Origin: a virus
IMG/VR virus record: IMGVR_UViG_3300008108_002889
Location: 45,141-109,140 of that record
Strand: one strand, 5' to 3'
DNA: 64,000 nt
Shown here: piece by piece, positions 28,849-37,672 of the stretch
Layout: the number at the start of each line of letters is the position of its first letter
How positions within the stretch are numbered: the stretch's first letter is position 1
Notes under the pieces: generated by a model
Told to the model about the DNA's origin: nothing
What the model saw: only the letters and a program-made list of their open reading frames with translations
Databases searched by the model: none
Made by a program: the position numbers and the translations under genes

Positions 28849-31501
28849 ACAATTTATTGAAGGTATTGGTCTGTTCGGTTGACCTAATGTCCCAATTAAG
28901 TACACCAATTAGGTTACCCAATTTATTATCAATAATTGTAGCTTCCATTTCTTCGTGATCAAACGGTAAGTCTTTGAACCACTGTGGTAGCCGTAGTTCA
29001 TCTACCGGATAAGCTACCGAAGTAAATCCCAACGGATTATCTTTGATCTTACAGACAATTACTTTGGCACCGTCTGTGATCTGCATTGAGTACTTGTCGC
29101 CATACATACGTTTGAGCGTATTCCAGTTAATGCTGGCTCGAACGTGTCCAGGCATATTAGTCTTGCCGTTCTTTTCTTCTTTGCCCTGATAGGCAGTGAT
29201 ATTGTTAGCACGTTTAGGGCTACCCTTTTCCCATCCTGGACGAGCTTTGAAGTTAGTACGGAATTCAGTAATATGATCTAATACCTGTTCTTCTGTGGCA
29301 CCAGTTAAGACTTTCTCCAAAATATCACTTAAGAAGTTTTGAATAAATTCTGGCGTATCACTACGTTTCAGATCCAAGCCCATGGCCTTGATCTTACCCG
29401 GCTTACCTTCAATGTCTTGACGCTTGCCTTCTTTGTCATAGTACAAGACAGCATAACGTTTCTTGGTAATGAACAAACTCTTTGAACCAACAATCTCACG
29501 ACCAGCTTTGATAACTTCACCACGAGATTTAGGACAGTGGAAAGCATCTAACATAAACTGTGGGAATGTATTGTTGACTTCATCTCCAATTTGATCATAG
29601 AGTTGGATCACAGTTTCTTTAGTCCAAGGAATGTGTCCTGCTTCAATTTCTTTCTTTAGTGTTTTGTATGCACTAAAATAACATGAGTCAGTGTCGCCGT
29701 AGATAATTGCTTTGCCTACGTGATTGTATTCCCCAGTGATAATCTCATTGACCTTTGATGCCATATGCTTGGCAATCTGTCTTCCTGTTAAAGTAGTGCT
29801 CTGACCAATACGCTTATCAAAAAAACGACAACCGGGGTTAAGAATAGCACCATATAAGGAATTGAGGTTAATCTTCTTAACCAACTGACGTTTGTCCCAA
29901 TATTCTTCTTCAACTTTATTACCTGCTTGAATACATTCTTTGAGTTTGGCCTGCATCTCTTTACGTTCAGCATACCAGCGTTTTAACAACCCGGGAATAA
30001 TACCTTCTTTTTCATAGGTAAAGATTGTTCCGTTAGCACTCAACATAAATGATTGACCGCTGTCAAAGATTAATCTATTAACTTCGGCAGCACTTAATAC
30101 ATCAACTGCACCGTCTTGCCAGTCGATAGTAATCTCAGAGCCAATCTCTTTGTTCATCACTGCGGTATACTCTAATGAACCAAAGATACCTTCCCAAGCA
30201 GCCGCAAAGCTTTTACCTTTGGCAGTTAATCCGTCAATGTACTCTTTGGTCATTGTAGGACGTAGTTGACCTACAATAGTTTCTGGTCCCATGTTCAATG
30301 CACGAATAGCACTTGGATACAAGGAGTTAATGTCTAATGAGCCAACCCAGTCTTGCAGACCTTCTTTGGGATAGGCAACATAAGCACCAGCGGCAGCAGT
30401 ATCTTCGCTTTCATCACGCTTGGGTCGATTAGGAACTTGAAAACCTCTACGATGGCATTCGTTGATAATAGCCTGTTCAGTAACAGCCACAGCACCCATT
30501 GTGGTCTGTAGTAGCACAGTACATTCGTGTGCCAGTTTGTTGCTTAAATCGATGAACTTGAGCTTTTGATCCAGTTTGTTGAGCAAGGCACAGTCTTGCC
30601 TGTTGTATTCGACAAACTTGCGGAAGTCATTGTTGTAGAGTTGATCCAGTGTACCTTCGTAGACTGTTTTTGATTCTCCAATCTCCATCTCTCCGATGGC
30701 ATCCAATCGATAGGTGTGTCGTTCTTCATAGGTGTATTTTCTGTAAAGTTCTAGACTGTCAAGATGCACACGACCATGTAGATCATATGTAGTGGCAGTT
30801 TTACCATACTTTTCATATTCACGTTTTTTAGGATATTGATCCCACAAGCAAAGTCTGCGTGTGTCGTCTTTGCTCAATACTTTGGTAATGCGGTTAACAG
30901 TATAGGGCATATCAAAGCCCTCGCTGTTCCAACCACTTAAAATATCCGCATCTTGAATAAGATTCAAGAACGTGTCCAGCATGTCTGCTTCATTGTCAAA
31001 GATATGTGTGTTGGGAAAATCTCTGACTAGTTCTTCTGCTTGGGCAATAGTCATGCCTTTTGGAGGCACAGCAAGACAAACTAATGTATCTAACCATTGT
31101 AGGTGGACAGCAATGGCAGTAATTGGCATGAATGCATCATCTGGCGATGCATAGCCACGTTCTGGATCGAAGTCCACCTCAATATCCCAAAAAGCTACAT
31201 TGAGTTTTGGTGCGTCTTGATTAAGATAGTTTTCACTCAAGCATACAAATATTGGATTAATATCTGCTTCGTAGAGTGTTTTGTTGTTGTGAATCGCAAG
31301 TTCTTTGCGAAAGTCTTTGGTGTTTTTACAAACGATGCGACTTAAAGGGTCTCCATGAATACTTTGGAATTTACCTCTAGCATCTGGATAATAAAACGTA
31401 TAACGAACTGGAAATTCTTTAAAGACTCGATTTCCATCTTTATCACGTTCCACTACTTTAATAATATCAGCATCACGCTGAAAGAGTGCGTCTACGTACA
31501 A
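28838..31501 (-). CDS. Family B DNA polymerase (gp43-like)
   Basis: Exonuclease DIE, WNSEGFD, YNRQD; polymerase DINSLYPS, KINLNSLYG, YGDTDS, KKRY; TTG start behind AGGAG. Confidence 0.97.
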   Translation of the reverse strand: MYVDALFQRDADIIKVVERDKDGNRVFKEFPVRYTFYYPDARGKFQSIHGDPLSRIVCKNTKDFRKELAIHNNKTLYEADINPIFVCLSENYLNQDAPKLNVAFWDIEVDFDPERGYASPDDAFMPITAIAVHLQWLDTLVCLAVPPKGMTIAQAEELVRDFPNTHIFDNEADMLDTFLNLIQDADILSGWNSEGFDMPYTVNRITKVLSKDDTRRLCLWDQYPKKREYEKYGKTATTYDLHGRVHLDSLELYRKYTYEERHTYRLDAIGEMEIGESKTVYEGTLDQLYNNDFRKFVEYNRQDCALLNKLDQKLKFIDLSNKLAHECTVLLQTTMGAVAVTEQAIINECHRRGFQVPNRPKRDESEDTAAAGAYVAYPKEGLQDWVGSLDINSLYPSAIRALNMGPETIVGQLRPTMTKEYIDGLTAKGKSFAAAWEGIFGSLEYTAVMNKEIGSEITIDWQDGAVDVLSAAEVNRLIFDSGQSFMLSANGTIFTYEKEGIIPGLLKRWYAERKEMQAKLKECIQAGNKVEEEYWDKRQLVKKINLNSLYGAILNPGCRFFDKRIGQSTTLTGRQIAKHMASKVNEIITGEYNHVGKAIIYGDTDSCYFSAYKTLKKEIEAGHIPWTKETVIQLYDQIGDEVNNTFPQFMLDAFHCPKSRGEVIKAGREIVGSKSLFITKKRYAVLYYDKEGKRQDIEGKPGKIKAMGLDLKRSDTPEFIQNFLSDILEKVLTGATEEQVLDHITEFRTNFKARPGWEKGSPKRANNITAYQGKEEKNGKTNMPGHVRASINWNTLKRMYGDKYSMQITDGAKVIVCKIKDNPLGFTSVAYPVDELRLPQWFKDLPFDHEEMEATIIDNKLGNLIGVLNWDIRSTEQTNTFNKLFDF

Positions 31502-31570
31502 ATTTTTCTCCTATGCAATTTACGGCTTGCAAATACCAACTATGCGGATTATGGCCCGCCTGCCCTTCTA

Positions 31571-31858
31571 TTATATATTTAATAATCTAACATATCCAAT
31601 GACATCAATAGTGACTAACAATAAGTAGTTAGCTACCATGCCTGTGCTTCTGCGAGTCCATGATGCCCAAGCAAAAATTGCACATTGTAGAATGAATATT
31701 GGATAGAGATAAAAGAACAAGGGATCAGTTGCCCCGGCTGCTAGTGTAAGTGAACAGCCAAGGCTCATAAACCATGCTGTAATCTCTAGTGTAAATCGGG
31801 TAGGCCATTCTCGATAGTCTGTCCTTGCCCAATTGTAAATGCCTTTTATAAATTCCAT
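31571..31858 (-). CDS. Small membrane protein
   Basis: About three hydrophobic segments. Confidence 0.65.
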   Translation of the reverse strand: MEFIKGIYNWARTDYREWPTRFTLEITAWFMSLGCSLTLAAGATDPLFFYLYPIFILQCAIFAWASWTRRSTGMVANYLLLVTIDVIGYVRLLNI

Positions 31859-32124
31859 TAGTCCTTGGGCAATCTGTTAGTGACACCTAGAATCATTTCG
31901 ATTTCGTTCCAATCGTTTTCGTGATCCTTCCAATTGTCTTTGTGGGCAATGGTAATGGCTTTGTTAATAATTGAAGGTTTAATTTCTAATTCTTCGGCTA
32001 CAGCTTTAACCGTTTCTTTAAGACCTTCTTTGAGATCTTCAATTTCTCGTAAGACGGTTGAACCTTCGTTGATTAATCTTTCTAATTTGGCTTTCTCTTC
32101 TGGCCCATACATACGTGATGACAT
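31858..32124 (-). CDS. Putative dsDNA-binding protein (T4 DsbA-like)
   Basis: Helical 88-aa protein, LKETVKAVAEELEIKPSIINKAI.IAHK; downstream of a sigma70 promoter. Confidence 0.5.
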   Translation of the reverse strand: MSSRMYGPEEKAKLERLINEGSTVLREIEDLKEGLKETVKAVAEELEIKPSIINKAITIAHKDNWKDHENDWNEIEMILGVTNRLPKD

Positions 32125-32147
32125 AGGTTCTCCTTTTGTGTCCTATA

Positions 32148-32176
32148 ATTATATACTAGTTATCTGTGTATGTCAA
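32148..32176 (-). promoter_or_regulatory. Consensus sigma70-type promoter for the dsbA-like/polB operon
   Basis: TTGACA-N17-TATAAT. Confidence 0.85.
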
Positions 32177-32186
32177 CAGGAAAAAG

Positions 32187-32214
32187 AAAAAGGCAAGCCA
32201 AAGCTTGCCTTTTT
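32187..32214. terminator. Bidirectional intrinsic terminator
   Basis: AAAAAGGCAAGC-CAAA-GCTTGCCTTTTT. Confidence 0.8.
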
Positions 32215-32229
32215 ATGGACTTCTTATTA

Positions 32230-34716
32230 TCAGCGTAGGCCGGCAATGGATAGTATTCTATCAAGTTCCTCTGCTACAGGCTGAAGTTGCGGATAGTTTT
32301 TAATTTTTCCATTCTGTATCTCTGCTTTATAAAACATATCTGCTTTTCTTTCATCGCTTGGAGATAACTTGCCATCCTTGTCTTGTTTGTATCCTTTGGC
32401 TTTTACTATGGCTAGATACTCTTGAGTACTTCTTGCCTTGATAATATCTAATCTTTCAATTCTTACTTGACCACTTGATGCTGCCGCTGGATTAGCTGGC
32501 GCTGCCTGCTGTTGTCCACCTGCTGCCTGCTGTTGTCCACCTGCTGCTGGTGCAGCCGGGGCATCTGGTTTCTTCCAATTACTAGGGGGGTTAGCTAAAA
32601 CTTTATCAACTTCTGCTCTGAGCTCTTTTGGAACATTGTCAATTGTTTGCACTTTTCCGGCTTTATCTTTAGCACCAGTAAACACACTAAAAGCCCAGTC
32701 ATTAGCTGCTTTGGTAGGGCTTACATAGGGCTGTGCTTTTGCTTGTTGAGTATTTGTTGCCGCTGGATTAGCTGGATTAGCTGCCGCTGGATTAGCTGGA
32801 TTAGCTGCCGCAGCATTTGGTTTACCAATCCTGTCCATACCACCGGGAGGAGTACCTTTGTACTTGCCTGCGGCAATACCATCTAAAGTATCTCCTTTGG
32901 CTACAACATACTCTTTGTCACCGGGTAGTTTGATTGTTTGGCCGACGCGAATCTTATTAACGTCTTTGATTTCAGGATTTAACTTTTGAATTTCTTGACT
33001 GCCTGCGCTGCCTTTGTATCCTGAAGCTGTTTTTGTAGCATCTGCTGGGTTGTTTATCTGCGTAGGAGATGCAGATGCTTGGAATTCTTTCACTGCTGCT
33101 AAAACTTCTGGAGGGATGCCTTCTGCACCACTGTTAACAGTATTGATAACTTCTTGACTTATTGCTTGTAATTCTTTTTCTTCGGCTGGATCAAGTGCTT
33201 CAGACAATACTGATTCTTCTAGCATTTTGAGTCGAGACATTAAATTAGCTAGAGATTCTTGCGTTCCAACAGCCGTTTGACTAGCCTGTGCTGGGTTAGT
33301 CACTGTTGTTGGTCCACCAGCACTTGCTTTCTTTTTATTCATAAGGAAAACAAATCGATCCATCTTTTCTTGTGCAGTAGATTGTGGTGTTGTTGGCTTA
33401 CTGCCTTTTTCACCACCCGCTGTTGTAGTATTACCACCCGCTGTTGTAGTATTACCACCCGCTGTTGTAGTATTACCACCCGCTGTTGTAGTATTACCAC
33501 CTGGCTGCTGTGATAAATCAACAGTTGATCCGCCTGCGGGCGTAGCCTGCCATCGATTTTCTCCGTCGTAGGTCCCAACTACTTTGCCGTCTTTGTCAAC
33601 AGCAACAACTTTGCCGCCTTCCATTTTTAATTCTGTAGCGTTTCTGAATGCAGGAAGCGTTTTACTGAACGGAACATTTAACGGTACTCCGGGTCCGTAT
33701 TTTACACCAGCTTGATGCTCTATTTTTGCTCTTTTAGCAGCATCGTCATCACCTGCTTGTGCTGTACCTGCTTGTGCTGTACCTGCTTGTGCTGTTGTTG
33801 CTTTTTTAGCGTCAGCAGCCTTTTTAGCATCTAATACTTTCTGAGCTGCGTTAAGGGCCGCGACTACTTCGGGATCGTCACCCATGTCGCCAAGTTCTTT
33901 CATAATGGCATTGATTTGAGAAACTAAATCTCCTCCACCGCCTGGCAAAGCAGGAGTAAAAGGAGTCCCACCAGCCGGCCCAGCGTTTGCAGGTACGGGA
34001 TCGTTAGTGTAAATATTCATCCCGTTGACGGTTTTCATGCTGGCTGGTCTTGAAGGATCTGCTTTTTCTGATAGCCCAAATTCTTTTAATAGTGATTCTG
34101 CAATTTTATAGTCAACTTTACCAACACCTGGATCTGTGTTGCCGCCTTGAACTTCTGCATTTAATTTTGCCACTAGATCATTTAACTGCTTGAGTTTGTC
34201 TGCTTTAAATTTGGCACTAGTTTGATCTGCCCCAACTTTAGCACTAGTTGCTTTTTCTGCATCAAAACCTTGTTGAGCTTTCCCGCCAGACAAAACATTA
34301 ACTAAACCACTTGGCCCGCTGGCATTGCCGGGAATTAACCCTAATGCTGCTAATGCTTTAGTAGCTTCTGAATTAGGAGGTGCTATTTGTACGGCAGTTG
34401 TTGGTTTCTGTGTGTAAGAATTTATGTCTCCGCGTTTGTCATCAGCAACTACAAATTCACCTTTGCTGTTAAACAGGCCTGGAAGTTTATGCTGTGCAGC
34501 CAGTTTAGCTAGGGCAACATTACCTGCGGTTCTCGGATCTAGTTTAAATATTCCACCAAACCTGCCAGTTTTTTTGTCAGCTTCTGCCTTGGCCATAGCA
34601 TCCTTCTCAACAGCCTGTACCTGTTGAAGTGTAAGCTGTTCCATGAGAGTTTGCTCCATAAGAGTCTTCTTCTTATCTATTTTTTCTAATTTAGCAAGTA
34701 GATCATTAAAGTTCAT
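32230..34716 (-). CDS. Large low-complexity putative virion protein with LysM-like module
   Basis: LNPEIKDVNKIRVGQTIKLP and YVVAKGDTLDGIA (LysM halves); A/G/P/T-rich repeats. Confidence 0.7.
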   Translation of the reverse strand: MNFNDLLAKLEKIDKKKTLMEQTLMEQLTLQQVQAVEKDAMAKAEADKKTGRFGGIFKLDPRTAGNVALAKLAAQHKLPGLFNSKGEFVVADDKRGDINSYTQKPTTAVQIAPPNSEATKALAALGLIPGNASGPSGLVNVLSGGKAQQGFDAEKATSAKVGADQTSAKFKADKLKQLNDLVAKLNAEVQGGNTDPGVGKVDYKIAESLLKEFGLSEKADPSRPASMKTVNGMNIYTNDPVPANAGPAGGTPFTPALPGGGGDLVSQINAIMKELGDMGDDPEVVAALNAAQKVLDAKKAADAKKATTAQAGTAQAGTAQAGDDDAAKRAKIEHQAGVKYGPGVPLNVPFSKTLPAFRNATELKMEGGKVVAVDKDGKVVGTYDGENRWQATPAGGSTVDLSQQPGGNTTTAGGNTTTAGGNTTTAGGNTTTAGGEKGSKPTTPQSTAQEKMDRFVFLMNKKKASAGGPTTVTNPAQASQTAVGTQESLANLMSRLKMLEESVLSEALDPAEEKELQAISQEVINTVNSGAEGIPPEVLAAVKEFQASASPTQINNPADATKTASGYKGSAGSQEIQKLNPEIKDVNKIRVGQTIKLPGDKEYVVAKGDTLDGIAAGKYKGTPPGGMDRIGKPNAAAANPANPAAANPANPAATNTQQAKAQPYVSPTKAANDWAFSVFTGAKDKAGKVQTIDNVPKELRAEVDKVLANPPSNWKKPDAPAAPAAGGQQQAAGGQQQAAPANPAAASSGQVRIERLDIIKARSTQEYLAIVKAKGYKQDKDGKLSPSDERKADMFYKAEIQNGKIKNYPQLQPVAEELDRILSIAGLR
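33412..33501. repeat. 4 x 21-bp perfect coding tandem repeat (GGNTTTA)
   Basis: Unit ACCACCCGCTGTTGTAGTATT. Confidence 0.95.
33751..33795. repeat. 3 x 15-bp coding tandem repeat (TAQAG)
   Basis: Unit ACCTGCTTGTGCTGT. Confidence 0.9.
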
Positions 34717-34739
34717 AGTCTGTTTCCAATTTTATCAAA

Positions 34740-34745
34740 TATTTA
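34740..34745 (-). promoter_or_regulatory. TAAATA late-type promoter motif
   Basis: The same motif precedes several presumed late genes (36741, 40001, 46332, 48461, 58389). Confidence 0.55.
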
Positions 34746-34746
34746 T

Positions 34747-34839
34747 CAGTGCTCACTTTACATTACACGGTAGCGAATCGCTTCTTGTAGGCAGCAGCCG
34801 CCTGACACCTCCGTAGAGTAACGGTCCCAAGGTAGGTGT
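34747..34839 (-). ncRNA. Candidate structured ncRNA complementary to conserved rRNA sites
   Basis: GC-richer intergenic island with three hairpins; 16/17-nt, 10-nt and 9-nt matches to 23S/16S rRNA (see findings). Confidence 0.65.
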
Positions 34840-35580
34840 TTATCCAATATTCTTATCAATTCCTCTGCTAGCTACGCCTCCACGCTTACGCTTATTGGCT
34901 AATTCGTCTATTCCGTGACGAATCTGTTCTAAATTTTGTTCTAATCCCATAAACATGCCACCCTTTGACAGTTTACATATTTGTTCCCACACAGCTAACT
35001 CATCAGAGTCTGACATTTTAGCCAGCTCTTGTAGCTGACGTCTAGCCTGTACAATTCTACTCTTAAGAGTCATTGGGTTGGCTTTTTCATGACTGTGTAT
35101 CATAGGATCGTTGGGATCGTCTGTGGCTGCTAATGGTGCTTCTCTTACACTTAATCTTTTAGCAGCTTGATTTTTAGCTCTGCGATTTAATGCTTCTGGA
35201 GGCAGTTGACTTTGACTTATATGTTTACTTAAACGAGGAACACCTTCGTTGATCTTATTAGCTACAATCTCGGCCAGTTGACGACTGCGTTCTTTTGATC
35301 TTACAGCTGATTCTTCAAATTCTTGTTCAACTTTTTTAAAGTATTTGCCTACCATGCTAGGTTTGGCATCTTTAGCAACATTGAGCACAGGACTAGTAAT
35401 ACTTTTACGAGGTTCTGGATCAATGTAAGTCTGTACTGCCATTGCTTCGGCAGTGGTCAAACGATTAAGAGGACCTTTGCCCTCCATGACCTGCAAGAAA
35501 CGTTTCATGTCATTAGAACCTTCCACAGGCTTCTTGGCAGAAGCACCATCAAAAGCCTGTAGAATTTTCTTCATGTTCAT
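34840..35580 (-). CDS. Hypothetical protein (putative head cargo)
   Basis: ORF in TAAATA-driven block. Confidence 0.7.
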   Translation of the reverse strand: MNMKKILQAFDGASAKKPVEGSNDMKRFLQVMEGKGPLNRLTTAEAMAVQTYIDPEPRKSITSPVLNVAKDAKPSMVGKYFKKVEQEFEESAVRSKERSRQLAEIVANKINEGVPRLSKHISQSQLPPEALNRRAKNQAAKRLSVREAPLAATDDPNDPMIHSHEKANPMTLKSRIVQARRQLQELAKMSDSDELAVWEQICKLSKGGMFMGLEQNLEQIRHGIDELANKRKRGGVASRGIDKNIG

Positions 35581-35582
35581 AG

Positions 35583-36719
35583 TTATGCTGCTTTCTTTTT
35601 AGCAATGGCAATCGCTGCCTGCTGTTTAAGATTTTTAGACTTACCAGCTTCCATCATGCTACCACATTCTTTTAGGCCGTGTACTGGACAGCTTTTACCT
35701 TTTGGTGTGTGATTGCATTTGTTTTCTTTTACTGGTCTTGTTGGTTGAGCTTGATTTGCAAGATCATTTGCAGCACCGGCTCTGGCAGTTCTTGCAGCCT
35801 GTGGATCAGGCATAGTATTTTCCATCTTCTTACCAAACTTCTCACCGCCTTTCATACCCCAGGTGTTGCCCTTGTGTTTAGGTAACTTAATTTCACGGGC
35901 TTTGTCAGCTTTCTTTTCAGCAGCAGATTTTTGTTTTACTTTGCTGGTTGGTTCGCCGTGTTCTTCATCTGAGTGACTGGTATTAACGTGCTTAACACCT
36001 GTAGCAGTTTTAGTCAATACTCCAGTGCGTGTTTTTTTAGAATCGCCTGTCTTCTTAAGCTCACTTGACTCTTCTTTGACAGCCTTGCCACCTTTTTCGT
36101 CTTTGCCTAAACGTCCAGCAACAACATCACCACGTGTTACTTTGTCGTAGGGTTTAGCGTTGTTAGCTAGGTTGCCGTCACCCTTTTTAGATTTAGCAGC
36201 TTCTCTAACAGGTTTGGCCAATGCAGGGTTTGTAGGACCCATGGCTTTCTGACCAGTCTTGGGATTAATATCTCCCCAGCGGATACCTTTGTTTGGACCA
36301 GCAACAATTACAGGATACTTTCCGTCTTTGCCTTTTGGAGGAGGAGCACTTTCACCATCTGGATCATAAGGCAGTTGCAAGCCTGACTCGTCCATGTTTT
36401 GTGCAGCTTTTTTAAGTTTATTTAATTTTTGTTTTGCTTCAACTAGCTTCTGACGGAACTCAGCTTTAACAGATTCTGAGTACATGTCGCTGTTTTCAAT
36501 TTTGTTACCGTATTCGCTAAACTTCATTTCGTACTCCATGTAATGATATACGCTGGCTACATAGTCAGCGGCTTTGGTAATTTTAGCCTGTACCCATCCT
36601 TCTAGTTGATCACCGTCTCTGATCATTTTAAAAAGTTTAAAGCTATAATTAGCCATCTTATAAAGATCAGCTCTAGCCATAGCAGCTTCGTGATCATCTG
36701 GACGCATATTTAAATCCAT
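35583..36719 (-). CDS. Lys-rich hypothetical protein (putative head cargo)
   Basis: LEGWVQAKITKA.DY N-terminal domain, CPVHG.KEC motif; TAAATA at 36741-36746 and GGAG RBS. Confidence 0.75.
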   Translation of the reverse strand: MDLNMRPDDHEAAMARADLYKMANYSFKLFKMIRDGDQLEGWVQAKITKAADYVASVYHYMEYEMKFSEYGNKIENSDMYSESVKAEFRQKLVEAKQKLNKLKKAAQNMDESGLQLPYDPDGESAPPPKGKDGKYPVIVAGPNKGIRWGDINPKTGQKAMGPTNPALAKPVREAAKSKKGDGNLANNAKPYDKVTRGDVVAGRLGKDEKGGKAVKEESSELKKTGDSKKTRTGVLTKTATGVKHVNTSHSDEEHGEPTSKVKQKSAAEKKADKAREIKLPKHKGNTWGMKGGEKFGKKMENTMPDPQAARTARAGAANDLANQAQPTRPVKENKCNHTPKGKSCPVHGLKECGSMMEAGKSKNLKQQAAIAIAKKKAA

Positions 36720-36743
36720 GTTGAATTCTCCAATTTTTAATAT

Positions 36744-37007
36744 TTATCGTTTAATGGGCGGCCCGCCAAATAAGCTAACACCTTTTACATTGTGTGCTCC
36801 TTTAGCTGTACCGTCGGAATTTTTAGGTTGTATAATTTTAGGCTGTGGCGGACTTTTCTTTCCGCTGCCTGTACTTGGGCTACCTGTATAACTCTTTTTG
36901 CCACGAGCTTTGCCCGGGCTAATATGTGGGTTAACAACAGTGCCTATATTTGCTGTGCTAGTAGCACCAGCTGATGCAAATTCATTAATAAGTTCTCGTA
37001 TTTTCAT
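36744..37007 (-). CDS. Small basic hypothetical protein (putative head cargo)
   Basis: MKIRELINE N-terminus. Confidence 0.65.
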   Translation of the reverse strand: MKIRELINEFASAGATSTANIGTVVNPHISPGKARGKKSYTGSPSTGSGKKSPPQPKIIQPKNSDGTAKGAHNVKGVSLFGGPPIKR

Positions 37008-37017
37008 AGTTTAGTCC

Positions 37018-37236
37018 TTAAATTGGTTTTTCACCTGTTAGTTTTGGCAGACTAAACCAAAGTTTAAACCATTCGGGGGTTCCGGGTTTAATATCGTGTT
37101 TCTTTTGTAATTCGCCTTTTTCGTTACCTGTTAGGCTTATATTACTGCCACCGTAAGGATCTATAGGATCATATTTTAAATAACCCTTAAATTCATTTAT
37201 TCCAGCAAGACGTTTTAACTGTTTTAGTTCATCCAT
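37018..37236 (-). CDS. Hypothetical protein
   Basis: Start re-called at MDELKQLKRLAGI; IKPGTPEWFKLWF. Confidence 0.65.
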   Translation of the reverse strand: MDELKQLKRLAGINEFKGYLKYDPIDPYGGSNISLTGNEKGELQKKHDIKPGTPEWFKLWFSLPKLTGEKPI

Positions 37237-37670
37237 TATTTTAATGTAGCTTTCAACATCCATCCGTGTTTCTTATGTGCATCTATTCGACCAGCAACAA
37301 AGTCACTGAATCCAAATTGCTTATATTTTTCACTGATTTCAAATAAAACCTGTAACATTGCAATCATTTTTTCGTTATCTTGCAATAGTTCAACAACCAT
37401 CTGCTTGCTGTCAAGCATTTCAGTTTCATCGTCTATCTGTGACAGCATAGTAAATCTTTGAAAACTAGCAGGAGTGTAAGTACCCATGGCGCGAATCTCT
37501 TCGGCAAAGGTATCGATACTGCCATAGGCTTCTTCGTAGATTTTACCAAATAAATTATGTAGAGGTTCAAAGAACATACCTTCTACATTCCAATGAAAGT
37601 TCTGTGCTTTAATAACAAAACTATATGTGCTGGCAAAAGCAATTTTAGCAGCTTTATGTAACTCTTCCAT
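37236..37670 (-). CDS. dps: Dps/ferritin-like protein
   Basis: NFHWNVEG.FF..LH..F, D..AE.IR..G, KK.GWML. Confidence 0.9.
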   Translation of the reverse strand: MEELHKAAKIAFASTYSFVIKAQNFHWNVEGMFFEPLHNLFGKIYEEAYGSIDTFAEEIRAMGTYTPASFQRFTMLSQIDDETEMLDSKQMVVELLQDNEKMIAMLQVLFEISEKYKQFGFSDFVAGRIDAHKKHGWMLKATLK

Positions 37671-37672
37671 TT

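Noticed and set aside
33412-33501. CRISPR-like array
   Set aside because: Contiguous 21-bp in-frame coding repeats with no spacers; no cas genes.
34797-34839. Twister-ribozyme resemblance (CCGCCU.ACAC...CGGUCCCAAG) on the + strand
   Set aside because: The closing strand of P4 and the 3' pseudoknot partners are missing, and the rRNA matches explain the sequence better. A covariance-model search would settle it.
34747-34839. rRNA gene fragment or contamination
   Set aside because: Matches are short, come from both 16S and 23S, are out of order, and sit within phage-specific hairpins between intact genes.
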